Assembly: GCF_009914755.1 (NCBI RefSeq)
Contig: NC_060930.1
DNA: 64,000 nt
Strand: one strand, 5' to 3'
Source: the human T2T-CHM13v2.0 reference genome, Homo sapiens
Shown here: positions 1 to 17,496 of the stretch, piece by piece
Numbering within the stretch: the stretch's first letter is position 1
Layout: each line of letters begins with the position of its first letter
Made by a program: the position numbers and the translations under genes
The notes under the pieces: model-generated
The model's input: only the letters and a program-made list of their open reading frames with translations
The model's database searches: none
Told to the model about the DNA's origin: nothing

Positions 1-1016
<1,016 letters not shown>

Positions 1017-1388
1017 ACATCAATGAATATTTTGTAGGTGACCATTAAGGACTGAAAATATCTATGGTAAGGCAAGAGATGACAGAAACCTGGACAGACC
1101 TGGAGGAGAAATGGTGTCACCCAAAAGGGCTCTGTAGTTATAAACGAGGAAGCAGCAGCTGAGTTCATCAAGGGTCTGTGTCAGTCACATCTGTATTTAA
1201 TGGTTTAGTGTTATTTTTTCCCATATATATTAGTCCATTCTCACACTGCTGTTGTCAGAGGTGTTCTAACCAGAGCGACTCTATCTTGAGTGAGGGCCAG
1301 GAAAATGAAGCTGGGACTTGCTGTGCTGCATTCCCAGAAAGGTATTCCTAGCCTCTAGATGTTTACAGTTAATGAAACAGATTGATAA

Positions 1389-1805
<417 letters not shown>

Positions 1806-1892
1806 AAAGATAACATTCTTGCAAAGTACAGTAATTAAGAAAATTAATCCTTTATCACAAACTCTTGTAGCAGAGCACATCTCCCCATGATC

Positions 1893-2204
1893 TTTTTTCT
1901 TGGTGGTGGTGGTGGTTGTTGTTTTGAGACAGGATCTTGCTCTGTTGCTCAGGGTGGAGTGCTGTATTGTGATCTCAGCTCACTGCAACCTCTGCACAAG
2001 AATCAGGGAATTCTTGTGCCTCAGACACCCAAGTAGCTGGGACTACAGGCTCATGCCACCACGCCTGGCTAATTTTTGTATTTTTAGTAGAGACGGGGTT
2101 TTGCCATGTTGGCCAGGCTGGTCTTGAATTCCTGACCTCGAGTGATCTACCTGCCTTGGCCTCCCAAAGTGCTGGGGTTACAGGTGTGAGCCACCGCCTG
2201 GTGC
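1893..2204 (-). mobile_element. Alu
   Basis: Alu dimer inside MER41; flanking CATGATCTTTTT duplicated. Confidence 0.9.
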
Positions 2205-2221
2205 ATGATCTTTTTAAATTT

Positions 2222-2224
<3 letters not shown>

Positions 2225-2268
<44 letters not shown>
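2225..2268. repeat. (CA)n microsatellite
   Basis: About 22 uninterrupted AC units. Confidence 0.95.
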
Positions 2269-2271
<3 letters not shown>

Positions 2272-3745
2272 AAAGCATTGTACGTGGATGCATTCCTCCT
2301 CCTATTTATAGGAATGCCCTACTCTGTCTGTGGAGTAGCTGTTCTTTCACCACTTTACTTTCCTAATAAACTTGCTTTTGCTGTGCAATGCGGACTCACC
2401 CTAAATTCTTTCTTGCGTGAGATCCAAGAACCCTCTCTTGGGGTCTGGATTGGGACCCCTTTCCTGTAACACTATTAAGAAATACCCAAGACTGGGTAAT
2501 TCATATTAAAAAAAAAAAAAGAGGTTTAACTGACTCACAGTTCAGTATGGCTTGGGTGGTCTCAGGAAACTTACAATCATGGCAGAAGGCACCTCTTTAC
2601 AGGGCGGCAGGAGAGAGAATGAGTCCGAGTGAAGGGGGATGCCCCTTATGAAACCATGAGATCTCCTGAGAACTCACTCACTTCACAAGAACAGCAAGGG
2701 GAAAACTGCCCCCCATGATTCAATTATCTCCACCTGGTCCTACCCGTGACATGTAGGGATTATTACAATTCAAGATGAAATTTGGGTTGGGACACATAGC
2801 CAAACCATATCATTCTGCCCTGGCCCCTTTCAAATCTCATGTCCTAACATTTCAAAACACAATCATGCCCTTCCAACAGTTCCCCAAATTCTTAACACAT
2901 TCTAGCATTAACCCAAAAGTCCAAGTCCAAAGTCTCATCTCAGACAAGACAAGTCCCTTCTGCCTATGAGCCTGTAAAATCAAAAGTTTGTTACTTCCTT
3001 GATATAATGGGGGTATTGGCATTGGCTAAATACACCCATTTCAAATGGGAGAAATTGGCCAAAACAAAGGGGCTACAGGCCCCATGCAAGTCCAAAATCC
3101 AATAGGGCAGTCATTAAACATTAAAGTTAGAAAATAATCACCTTTGACTCCATGTCTCACATCCAGGTCATGCTGATGCAAGAGGTGGGCTCCCATGGCC
3201 TTGGGTATCTCTGCATCTCTGGCTTTGCAGGGTACATCCCCTCTCCCAGCTGCTTTCATGGCTGGTGTTGAGTGTCTGCAGCTTTTCCAGGCACACAGTT
3301 GTTGTTGGATCTACCATTCAGCGGTCTGGAGGATGGTGGCCCTCTTTACACAGCTCAACTAGGCAGTGCCCCAGTGGGGACTCTGTGGGGGCTCCAACCC
3401 CCATTTCCCTTCCACACTGGCCTAGCAGACGTTCTCCACGAGGGCTCTGCCCCTGCAGCAATATCCAGGCATTTCCATACATCCTCTGAAATCTAGGCAG
3501 AGGTTCTCTAACTTCAATTCTTGACTTCTGTGTACCTGCAGGCCCAACACCACATGTAAGCCACCAAGGCTTGGGGCTTGCACCCTCTGAAGAAATGGCC
3601 CAAGTTATACCTTGGCCCCTTTTAGCCACAGCTGCAGCTGAGGCATCTAGGGCACAGGGCACCATGTTCTGAGGCTGCATAGAGCAGGGGGGCCTAGGCC
3701 TGGCCCATGAAACCATTTTTCCCTCCTAGGCCTCTGGACCTGTGA

Positions 3746-4186
<441 letters not shown>

Positions 4187-5214
4187 TGGATTTTTCTTTT
4201 CTATTGCATCATCAGGCTGAAAATTTTCCAAACTTTTTGCACTGCTTCATTTTGGATGGTTTGCTGCTTAGAAATTTCTTCCACCAGATACCCTAAATCA
4301 TCTCTCTCAAGTTCAAAGTTCCACAGATCTCTAGGGGCAGGGGCAAAATTCCACCAGTCTCTTTGCTAAAGCATAGCAAAAGTCACCTTTATGCCAGTTC
4401 CCAACAAGTTTCTCATCACCATCTGAGACCACCTCAGCCTGGACTTCATTGTCCATATCACTATCAGCACTTTGGTCAAAACCATTAAACAAGTCTCTAG
4501 GAAGTTTGAAACTTTCCCACATTTTCCTGTTTTCTTCCGAGCCATCCAAACTTTTCCAACCTCTGCCTGTTACTCAGTTCCAAAGTTGCTTCCATATTTT
4601 AGGTACCCTTAAGGCAGCACCCCACTCCTGGTACCAATTTACTGTATTAGTCCATTCTCATGCTGCTATGAAGAAATACCTGAGACTGGGTAATTTATAA
4701 AGAAAGGAGGTTTCATTGACTCAGTTTCACATGGCTGGGGAAGTCTCAGGAATCTTACAATTAGGAAGGTACCTCTTCCCAGAGCAGCAGGAGAGAGAAT
4801 GAGTCCAAGTCAAGGGGGAAGCCTCTTATGAAACTATCAGATTCCATGAGAACTCACTATCATGAGAACAGCATGGGGGATACTGCCCCCGTGATTGAAT
4901 TATCTCCACCTGGTCCTCACCTTGACACATGGGGATTATTACAATTTAAGGTGAGATTTGGGTCAGGACACAGAGCCAAACCATATCACTATGTCTTCTC
5001 TGTATTCTTATAGCTCCTACAACTTTATATAATGGTCCTATCAACACAATGTGCCATGGGATGTTCTGTTGTAAAGAAGCCTGCATGCATCTACACAGTT
5101 TTTACCTGATGTGTATAAGATGTTCTCTGACTAGAGTAGAGAAGGGAAGTTGGGAAGAGATCCATTGTAGGTGAAGAACTGAGGAAGTGGGACCTGAGAT
5201 GTTTGAAACAAGAG

Positions 5215-5440
5215 CCTGTGGTGTCATGCAAAGAACATGGTCTCAGTCATTAGAAACACCTGGATATGACTCATGGCTTACACTTACCAGTTGTGTGAGC
5301 TTGGACAAGTTTCTAAGCTTTTCTGAGTCTCTGTTTCATCATATGTAAAAGTGAGTATAACATAATCAGAAATACTTTGAGAGAAAACCAATATAAAAAA
5401 TGCCCATAGCAGGAGCTCAGCAATGGGTAGTTTTTATCAC
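5215..5440 (+). mobile_element. MIR
   Basis: Core ACTTACCAGTTGTGTGAGCTTGGACAAGTT...CTCTGTTTCATCATATGTAAAA. Confidence 0.7.
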
Positions 5441-5650
5441 TACCATTATTCATTTTGAAACACTGGACACTTTAGTGGTACCCAAAGTGTCCTAGCTTTT
5501 AATGCTGAAGGATTCAGCAACCATTTCAACATCATATGGTGCAGAACAACACTGCTGTTACTGCTTCATGTGCTAATAAAAAGCCTGTGTTCCAGGCAAT
5601 TTGCAAAAAGTAAAGCACCTCATGTCTTCCCTTACTAGATTATGGGATTC

Positions 5651-7162
<1,512 letters not shown>

Positions 7163-7295
7163 TGAGATGCTGGGAATACGTATGGTGAACCAGACAAGCA
7201 AATGCTTATGGAGCTTCAACATCACTAAGCATCAGGGAAATGCATACCAAAACCACAGTGAGATATCATCCTACCCAGCTAGACTGGCTGTTGTT

Positions 7296-7459
7296 TATTT
7301 ATTTATTTTTTAGACTAGGTTATGAGACTGGCTAATTTTTGTATTTTTGGTAGAGACGGGGTTTCACCGTGTTGCCCAGGCTGGTCTGGGCTCAAGAAAT
7401 CCACCTGCCTTGGCCTCCCAAAGTGCTGGGATTACAGGCATAAGCCAATGTGCCAGGCC
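7296..7459 (-). mobile_element. Short Alu derivative (left arm, linker, short atypical 3' segment, tail)
   Basis: TSD TAGACTGGCT[G/A]TTGTT at 7280 and 7460. Confidence 0.8.
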
Positions 7460-7683
7460 TAGACTGGCTATTGTTAGAAAGATAAAAAACAAACAAAAAA
7501 CCAGATTCTGGCAAGGATGCAGAGAAAAGAAAACTCCCATACACTGTTGGTGGGAACAAAAATTAGTATAGCCAAGGGGCTAAGGGGAAGGTGGGGATGG
7601 TTATTGGGTACAAAAAAAATTAGAAAGAACGAATAAGACCTACTGTTTGATAGTACAACAGGGTGACTATGGTCAATAATAAC

Positions 7684-8139
7684 TTTTTTTTTTTTGAGAC
7701 AGGGTCTAACTCTCTTGCCCAGGCTGAAGTGGAGTAGCATGATCTTGGCTCACTGCAACCTCTGCCTCCAGGACTCAGGTGATCCTCTCACCTCAGCCTC
7801 CTGAGTAGCTGGGACTACAGGTGTGCGCCACTACACCTCGCTAATTTTTTGTATTTTTTTTTTTTTTAGTAGAGATGGGGTTTCACCATTTTGCACGGGC
7901 TGGTCTTGGACTTGTGGGCTCAGGTGATCCTCTCACCTCAGCCTCCTGAGTAGCTGGGACTACAGGTGTGCGCCACTACACCTCGCTAATTTTTTGAATT
8001 TTTTTTTTTTTTTTTTTTAGTAGAGATGGGGTTTCACCATTTTGCACGGGCTGGTCTTGGACTTGTGGGCTCAGGTGATCCACCCACCTCAGCCTCCCAC
8101 AGTGCTGGGATTACAGGTGTGAGCCACTGCGCCTCGCCT
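7684..8139 (-). mobile_element. Alu with internal tandem duplication (trimeric)
   Basis: Units 7774-7918 and 7919-8069; TSD AATAATAACT. Confidence 0.92.
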
Positions 8140-9725
8140 AATAATAACTTAAAAGTACATTTTAAAAAACTTAAATAGTGTCATTGGATTGTTTATAACT
8201 CAAAGGATAAATGCTTGAGGGGATGGAGACCCCATTCTCCATGATGTGCTTATTTCCCGTTGCATGCCTGTATCAAAACATGTCATGTACTCCATAAATA
8301 TATGCACCTACTATGTACCAACAAAAATAAAATTTAAAAAAATTATAAAAAAAGATAATTAGTGCAGCCATTATGGAAAACAATATGAAGATTTCTCAAA
8401 AAACTAAAACTAGAACTACAATATGATCCAACAATCCCACTGCTGGGTATCTACCCAAAGAAAAGGAAATTAGTATATCCAAGGGATGCTTGCACACTCA
8501 TGTTAATTACAGCACTATTCACAATAGCCGAGATATAGAATCAACCTAAATGTCCACCAATGGATGAATGGATAAAATGTGGTATATATACACAATGGAG
8601 TACTCTTCAGCCATAACAAAGAATGATGTTCCCTGGAGTTCATTATGTTAAGTGAAATAGCCAGTCACATAAAGACATATACCACATGTTCTCACTCATA
8701 TTTGGAAGCTAAAAAAGTTGATCTCATGGTGGCAGAGAATGTATGGTGGTTATTAGAGACTGGAAGGATGTGTGGGTGGGTCAGGGGGATGAAGAGAGGT
8801 TGGTTAATGGGTACAAACATACCGGTATAAGTAGGAATACTTTCTTAAATGTTCAATAGCAGAATAGGGTGACTATAGTTAGCAACAACATATTGTATAT
8901 TTTAAGATAGCTGTAAGAGAGACTTGAAATATTCCTGACACATAGAAATGATAAATGCTTTAGGCAATGGATAAATACTCTGACTTGATCATTACACATT
9001 CTATGTACGTAACAAAATATCACATGTACTTCATACATATGTACAAATATTATGCATCAATAAAAAAATAAACTCAATGATTTCAGGTCATGGTAGGTGC
9101 TATAAGGGAGACAAATAGGTTGATGAGCTGGAGACTGAGTGGATAAAGGTGGAGCCTCCTGCAGATAGAGTGCCTCAGAAAGCTTCCACTGGAGGAGAAG
9201 GAGGCAGTCAGAGAGAGAAGGGAAAGGTCCAGGCCTTGAAGCAGTGAACAGTGGGCGGAATGCAAGGAACAGAGTGGAAGACAGCTGGCTGGAGCATGGA
9301 GTGAGGGGAGAGCATTAAGACACGAGCCTGGGAGAAGCAGGCAGTGTCAGTTCACAAGGGCCAAGCAGGCTAAACAAAGTGAAAGGTTCAGGCTGACCAC
9401 AAGATTCTCAGGGTTCTCTCACAAAATGTTCGGTGGTTACTTTCTGTGTGTGCACACTCTGTTTCTTCTGCAGGGTACCAAAAGGGCAACCTGGACCATG
9501 ACAAATGTAAACCTGTTCTTCATCCAAGTGATGAAAAATTACTCATCAACTGCACAAGTAAAAAAAAAATTCGTTGCTCTCAAATTATACTATAAGCTAT
9601 TACTTTTAAGTCAGTTTTTGTCTATCCTAATGAACAAGGCCCTGTGTTTTCAACCTATTCTTAAGGACTGAATGGGAAGCATGCCTCCCTGGGAACAGTT
9701 TTTCAAGAGTAATCTCTTTGATATT

Positions 9726-11998
9726 TGTATTAGTCTGTTTTCATGCTGCTGATAAAGACATACCCAAACTGGGAAGAAAAAGAGGTTTATGGACTTACAA
9801 TTCCACATGGCCAGGGAGGCCTTAGAATCATGGCAAGAGGTGAAAGGCACTTCTTACATGGTGGCGGCAAGAGAAAAATGAGGAAGAAGCAAAAGCAGAA
9901 ACCCCTGATAAACCCATCAGATCTCGTGAGACTTATTCACTATCACAAGAATAACATGGGAAAGACCAGCCCCCATGATTCAATTACCTCCCTGCGGGTC
10001 CCTCCCACAACACATGGGAATTCTGGGAAATACAATTCAAGTTGAGATTTGGTGGGGACACAGCCAAACCATATCATTCCACCCCTGGCCCCTCCAAATT
10101 TCATGTCCTCACATTTCAAAACCAACCATGCCTTCCCAATAGTCCCCAAAGTCTTAACTAATTTCAGCATTAATCCAAAAGTCCACAGTCCAAAGTCTTA
10201 TCTGAGACAAGGCAAGTCCCTTCTGTCTATGAGTCTGTAAAATCAAAAGCGAGCTAGTTACTTTCTAGATACAATGGAGGTACAGGTATTGGGTAAATAT
10301 ACCCATTCCAAATGAGAGAAATTGGCCAAAACAAGGAGGTTACAGGGCTTGTGTAAGTCCAAAATACAGCGGGGCAGTCAAATTTTAAAGCTCCAAAATG
10401 ATCTCCTTTGACTCCAGGTCTCATATCCAGGTGATGCTGATGTAAGAGGTGGGTTATCATGGTCTTGGGCATCCCCACCCCAGTGGTTTTGCAGGGTACA
10501 GGCCCCCTCCTGGCTGCTTTCATGGGGTGGTGTTGAGTGTCTGCACCTTTTCCAGGTGCATGGTGCAAGCTGTTGGTGGATCTACCATTCTGGGATCTGG
10601 AGGACAGTGGCCCTCTTCTCACAGCTCCACTAGGCAGCACCCCACTAGGGACTCTGTGTGGAAACTCCAACCCCACATTTCCCTTTCACACTGCCCTAGC
10701 AGAGGTTTTCCATGAGGGCCCCCTGCAGCAAACTTTTGCTTCTATCTTCTTCTGAAATCCATACATCTTCTGAAATCTAGGCAGAGGTCCCCAAACCTCA
10801 ATTCTTGACTTCTGTGCACAGCAGGCTCAACACCATGTGGAAGCTACCAAGGTTTGGGGCTTCTACCCTCTGAAGCCACAGCCTGAGCTATATGTTGGCC
10901 CCTTTCAGCCACAGCTGGAGTGGCTGGGACACAGGGCACCAACTCCCTAGGCTCCACACAGCATGGGGACCCTGGTCCCGGCCCACAAAACCGCTTTTTC
11001 CTCCTGTGCCTCTGGGCCTGTGATGAGAGGGGCTGCCATGAAGGTCTCTAACATGAGCTGGAGACATTTTCCCTACGGTCTTGGGGATTAAAATTAGGCT
11101 CCTTGCTACTGATGCAAATTTCTGCAGCCAGTTTGAATTTCTCCCCAGAAAATGGGTTTTTATTTTCTATCACATAGTCAAGCCGCACATTTTCTGAACC
11201 TTTATGCTCTATTTCCCTTTTAAAACTGAGTGCCTTTAACAGTACCCAAGTCACTTCTTGAGTGCTTTGCTGCTTAGAAATTTCTTCCACCAGATATCAT
11301 AAATCATCTCTCTCAGGTTCAAAGTTCCACAAATCTCTAGGACAGGGGCAAAATGCTACCAGTCTCTCTGTTAAAACACAACAAGAGTCACCTTTGCTCC
11401 AGTTCCCAACAAGTTCCTCATCTCCATCTGAGACCACTTTAGCCTGGATTTTATTGTCCATATCGCTATCAGCATTTTGGGCAAAGCCACTCAACAAGTC
11501 TCTAGGAAGTTCCAAACATTCCCACATTTTCCTGTCTTCTTCTGAGCCCTTCAAACTGTTCCAATTTCTGCCTGTTACCCAGTTCCAAAGTTGCTTCCAC
11601 ATTTTCGGGTATCTTTTCATCAATGCCCCACTCCTGGTACAATTTACTATATTAGTCTGCTCTCATGCTGCTAAGACATACCCAAGACTGGGAAGAAAAA
11701 GAGGCTTCACTAGACTTACAATACCACGTGGCTGGGGAGGCCTCAGAATCATGGCAGGAGGCGAAAGGCACTTTTTACATGGCGGCGGCAAGATAAAAAT
11801 AAGGAAGAAGCAAAAGCAGAAACACCTGATACACCCATCAGATCTAATGAGACTTATTCACTGTCACAAGAATAGCACAGGAAAGACCAGCCCCCATGAT
11901 TCAATTACCTCCCCCTGGGTCCCTCCCATAATACGTGGGAATTCTGGGAAATAACAATTCAAGTTGAGATTTGGTGGGGACACAGCCAAATTGTATCA
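9726..11998 (-). mobile_element. Full-length THE1A-type ERVL-MaLR element: LTR 9726-10076, internal 10077-11647, LTR 11648-11998
   Basis: Two LTRs of about 350 bp sharing GAGGAAGAAGCAAAAGCAGAAAC; THE1-int between them; perfect 5-bp TSD ATATT at 9721-9725 and 11999-12003. Confidence 0.92.
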
Positions 11999-12448
11999 AT
12001 ATTTTTGTCTCAACTTTTTTATGGTACACCACAGTAAAGAGACACTTGGATGGATACCTTTCAAACACCTGAGAATGCAGAAGGAAAGTAATTAACCAAA
12101 TCCATAAAAAGAAAGTAAAGAAATGAGCAAGGCATGCAGAAAAGTTCTAAGCCTCCCGAATTCATCCAGAGCTGAGGGTCCCTATTGCTCCATGGAGCTG
12201 ATTAGGATGTTATCAGATCTTTGTACCTGAGAAATACTGGGCCACTGACTAGCTAACTGGAGGAACCAATCAGAAATCTAATGATTAAACTCATATTAAA
12301 AGCATTTTTATTTCCTACTTTAATTGGGATTTCTTTTTTATTCTATCTTACATGAGTTTTGCTCTTTAACTCAAGAAACATATTCTGAAAGCAAAAATGC
12401 ATGTGTGATACTGCTATTATTTTTTTCCAACAAAAGAAAAAAAAATTC

Positions 12449-12806
<358 letters not shown>

Positions 12807-13042
12807 TTACTGTTATTTTAGAGAAGCAAGGCAGTGTGACATAGTAGAAAGAATTGAGGGCCATGAGTCAAAAGACTTGGTTTCTAGGTGTCATGCGAAA
12901 TCATTTCATCTCTTTGAGGCTTGGTTTCCCCCAGGAGCTATTAAGCCATATACAGAAGAGTTCCTTCGGTCTCTTCTAGCTTTAAGAGTCTGTGATTCTA
13001 GAAATCAAGGAGCTGATTCTGAGAGAGGATAAAGGAAACACA

Positions 13043-13194
13043 GGCCAGGTGCAGTGGCTCAAACCTGTAATCCCAGCACTTTGGGAGGCTGAGACGGGCG
13101 GATCCCTTGAGCTCAGGAGTCGGAGACTAGCCAGCACAACATAGTGAGACCCCGTCTCATTGCTGTTTTAACATTTTTTTAATTAAAAAAAAAA
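13043..13194 (+). mobile_element. FLAM / Alu monomer
   Basis: Left monomer ending GAGACCCCGTCTC, short unique segment, A tail. Confidence 0.8.
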
Positions 13195-13798
13195 GAAATA
13201 TAATGAAAGATGAGGGAGGCAAGAAGAGACAGAATCTAAGAAAAACAAAGAAAGCTTTGAAGAACAAGGATCCTCAACATTGTACTGTAAAGTCAACCTG
13301 CTCCCTGTTAACTTCCTTGGAAAAGTGGAATCAACTTTTTGAGCTTTTTATCTTTTCTTCTGTGTCCTGGCTGGTGAAGTTCAAATAAGCACTAAATTGG
13401 AGAAAGGCAAGGAGCTGGAGGAATAAGGATAAGAAATGGAAGGACGGATCATTTAGACACTGCAACGCCAGCCCCAAAGTCTTCTAGATATGAAGGTGAC
13501 AATTTGGCCCTAAAGTTCAAAAAGGTTAAAAAGGATTTTTTTGTGTGTGTCTGCCTGGGCTGCTCCCAATAACCTTAATTCAAAAGGATCCCCATTGTTT
13601 AATTCATCCAGAATCTTCTCTTAAACCTTTTGCAGTGTGCATCAGCTGGGATTTCAACAACAGATGGTTGCCCTGAAGGTACTTTGATAGGTGAAGTTTG
13701 GAAAAGTTTCTTGGTCCTAAACGAAGTCTAATCTTTTACCGTCTAAACCGATTTGGATTCATTTCAGGCCAGCTTATTCTTAGAAATATATTTACAGA

Positions 13799-14075
13799 GG
13801 CTGGGAGCAGTGGCTCACGCCTGTAATCCCAGCACTTTGGGAGGCTGACGCCGGTGGACCACTTGAGCTCAGGAGTCTGAGACCAGCCTGGGCAACATAG
13901 TGAGACCCCATCTCCACAAAAAATTTAAAAACTAGCTGGGTGTGGTGGTGTGCACCTGTGGTCCCAGCTACTTGGGAGGCTGAGGAAGGAGGATCACTTG
14001 AGGCTGCAGTGAGCCATAATCATGCCAGCCTGGGCAACAGGGGAAGACCTTGTCTCAAAAAAAAAAAAAAAAAGA
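13799..14075 (+). mobile_element. AluJ-type element with small deletions
   Basis: Alu consensus with polyA. Confidence 0.88.
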
Positions 14076-15224
14076 GAGATGTATATTGAAGGAAAAACTA
14101 ACAAGAAGGGGTGATAGACAGCATAAGGCATGTAGGAGAAAGGGCATGTTTCAGTTTGAGCAACTGGATGGGTATTGCTACCTGTTTAGTGAGATGGAAA
14201 ATCAGGAATTTGGTTTTAGACATGTGATGTTATGAGCTGTAACTCCTAAACTAACCTATAACTCCTCCTGGGGAATATGTGCATTTTTAAGAAGAAAGCT
14301 CTCAAGGATCAAAAAAGGTGAAACTAGAGTGGTGGATTGGCAGGCAGTTGGGTTGTCATTTTTAAATCAGGGATTCAAAAATGGGCTTGGAGAACTGCCT
14401 ATGGAGAAGGCTACCAGGGCATAATGACCACATCGTTATAGAGATGGGCACAGACTCTGGAAGAAAGCCTGAGACATTTCTTCCTCTACCTCCTCCAGTC
14501 TACATTCCCCACCTGCCTTTTTCCCTAAGATTTGTTCCGGTGCTACGAACCTGAGGTTTAGTGGAAAATTTCCCCTCAGTTGCTCCTGACTATACTTTGA
14601 TCCGAAAGGCTGGGTGAGATCTGCCTCACCCTGCAATCCCTCCCAGAGCAGCCCTCACCCCTAGTTCCCAAGCTCGCCGCCCTTGAGGGAGGAAATAGCT
14701 GATGCTTCCAAAAAGCTGCCAGACTCTGTCCCTGGGAAAGGAGCCCAATTCATCTGAAAATCAGTGACAGGAAGAAGAAGAAGCTGGAATTGCTGGAATT
14801 GAATATTCACACAGAGCAAGAAAGAGAAAGAGGCAGGAGCCAGGTTTCCTGAGCTCTGATTCTTAGAAGCCTTGCTCTTCTCCAAAGTTATCCAAGGCCA
14901 GCTGTTTCTCCCAAACAAGAGGAGCCCCTTGAAAAAACAACAGTCCTTAGACCAAAAGAATTTATACCCAAAAATGTTCCTCATAACAAATTCTTGTCTC
15001 TTTCCATCTAAATACCTACCACTCGCTTGGCATTTGAAATGTTTCAAGTTACACCAGCTTGAAAAAGCTTCTTATTGATCTCCACTTATTATACTGAAGT
15101 TAGACTATGAAGCCATCAAGAAAACTTGGTTTATATTATCTACAAAATCAGTTAATCTAGAGGAAATCCTCATGCTTTTATAAAAGCAACTTTGCTTTTC
15201 ATGTAAAATTATAATTATTTATTA

Positions 15225-15583
<359 letters not shown>

Positions 15584-16462
15584 TTAAAGTTTTATATAAA
15601 ATGTAATTGCCTATGTACAATTAAGTTCCATTCTCACTGATTGTTACTGAGTAATCCCTGGTTTCTCACCCAGGATCTGCCTTCGTCCTGTTCTGGGCCC
15701 AAGACCCCACCATTGGTATTACTGGTATGGCATTAGATCTCAACCTCTGCAAGGTCAGGTCTGCTTCCGTCAGAGTCTCTGCTGCAGCCCCAGTGCCTGG
15801 CACATGGCCTGCCTTGTCTTAGGGGACCAGTGATATTTCTTCAAGAATGAATGAGTGGACACAATCCAGCACCAGGACTTCAGGATAAACTGAATCTGGT
15901 TGGATTATTTCTGGAGAGGCTGAAAGGAGATAGAATTTAAGGGATAAATATGAATCAAAACAGAAGAACTAACACCAGAGGAGTATTGAATATGCTGTGA
16001 TTCTGTTTTCTCCTGTGAGAGACTTTTGTGAGGACAATGTAAGAGATAAGGGGAAAGTTTGGGCAGAAAAGGTCAGGAACTTGGGGTATCAACAGGGAAG
16101 TGAAAGGTTTCCTAGGCTCGAAACAAAGCGTGGGAGCTCGGTGTCGCTCTTGCTGGTGCTGGCTTTGTGACATTTGACAGGTCATTGGCTTCCAGATGAG
16201 ATTTGATCTCCATGAAACCTTTCTAGAAATCAGACTCCTTCCAGGATGGCTTAAACATTTCAAAACAAGTTGACAACATACATCTTTATAATGCGTTACA
16301 CTGAAGTTAAGGAAACTTCAGTTCAAGGCCACATTCCTCAAAGCATGTTTTTAATTTTTCCTTAATATCTTAATAGAGTTTTGTGGAAGAAAAAAAGGGT
16401 GGGCAAAACCAATGTTAACCTGATTTCTTTATTGTAATTATCAGAGCCTTTTTTATATATAA

Positions 16463-16759
<297 letters not shown>

Positions 16760-16936
16760 AATGTTAATGTACATATATACATTATGAATCGCAAAGATAA
16801 TATGCCTGTGTGTGTGTCTTTGTGTGTGTGTGTATGTGTGATCTCTTAAGACTAGAATTCTGCAGAGTCTTTTTTTGGGAAATACTGACTTATTGAGTAA
16901 TTCTACCTTCCTCTTATATACTTTTTTGCTGCAGAA

Positions 16937-17038
16937 AGTGTCAACACCTTTCTCTTCAGTGTCAACACCCATAAAAAAAGTGTCAACACCTTTCTCTTAA
17001 GTGTCAGCACCCATAAGTGTCAACACCTTTCTCTTCAG
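16937..17038. repeat. Short tandem array of five AGTGTCA[A/G]CACC cores
   Basis: Cores start at 16937, 16958, 16979, 17000 and 17016. Confidence 0.9.
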
Positions 17039-17130
17039 AGGTCTTCATTTTCTTTGTGTATGGCATGGCAAAAGCCAAAATGAAAGTTTAAAGACCCAAT
17101 ATATCTAGATATATATACGTATACAGATAG

Positions 17131-17496
<366 letters not shown>

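Larger units (their letters stand above)
7210..9070 (+). mobile_element. L1M (L1MA-type) 3' end with nested second L1MA 3' end (7575-8355) and two Alus
   Basis: L1 ORF2-end and 3' UTR motifs (CAGGGAAATGCATACCAAAACCACAGTGAGATATCA, ATGATCCAACAATCCCACTGCTGGGTATCTACCC), AATAAA tail near 9060; nested piece flanked by AATTAGTATAGCCA/AATTAGTGCAGCCA. Confidence 0.82.

Noticed and set aside
11262-11954. 230-aa ORF and other ORFs in THE1 elements
   Set aside because: They lie in THE1-int/LTR sequence, several antisense to the element; no gag/pol motifs recognised
16937-17038. CRISPR-like repeat-spacer appearance
   Set aside because: Eukaryotic DNA; the linkers are themselves repeated and only 4-9 bp; no cas genes
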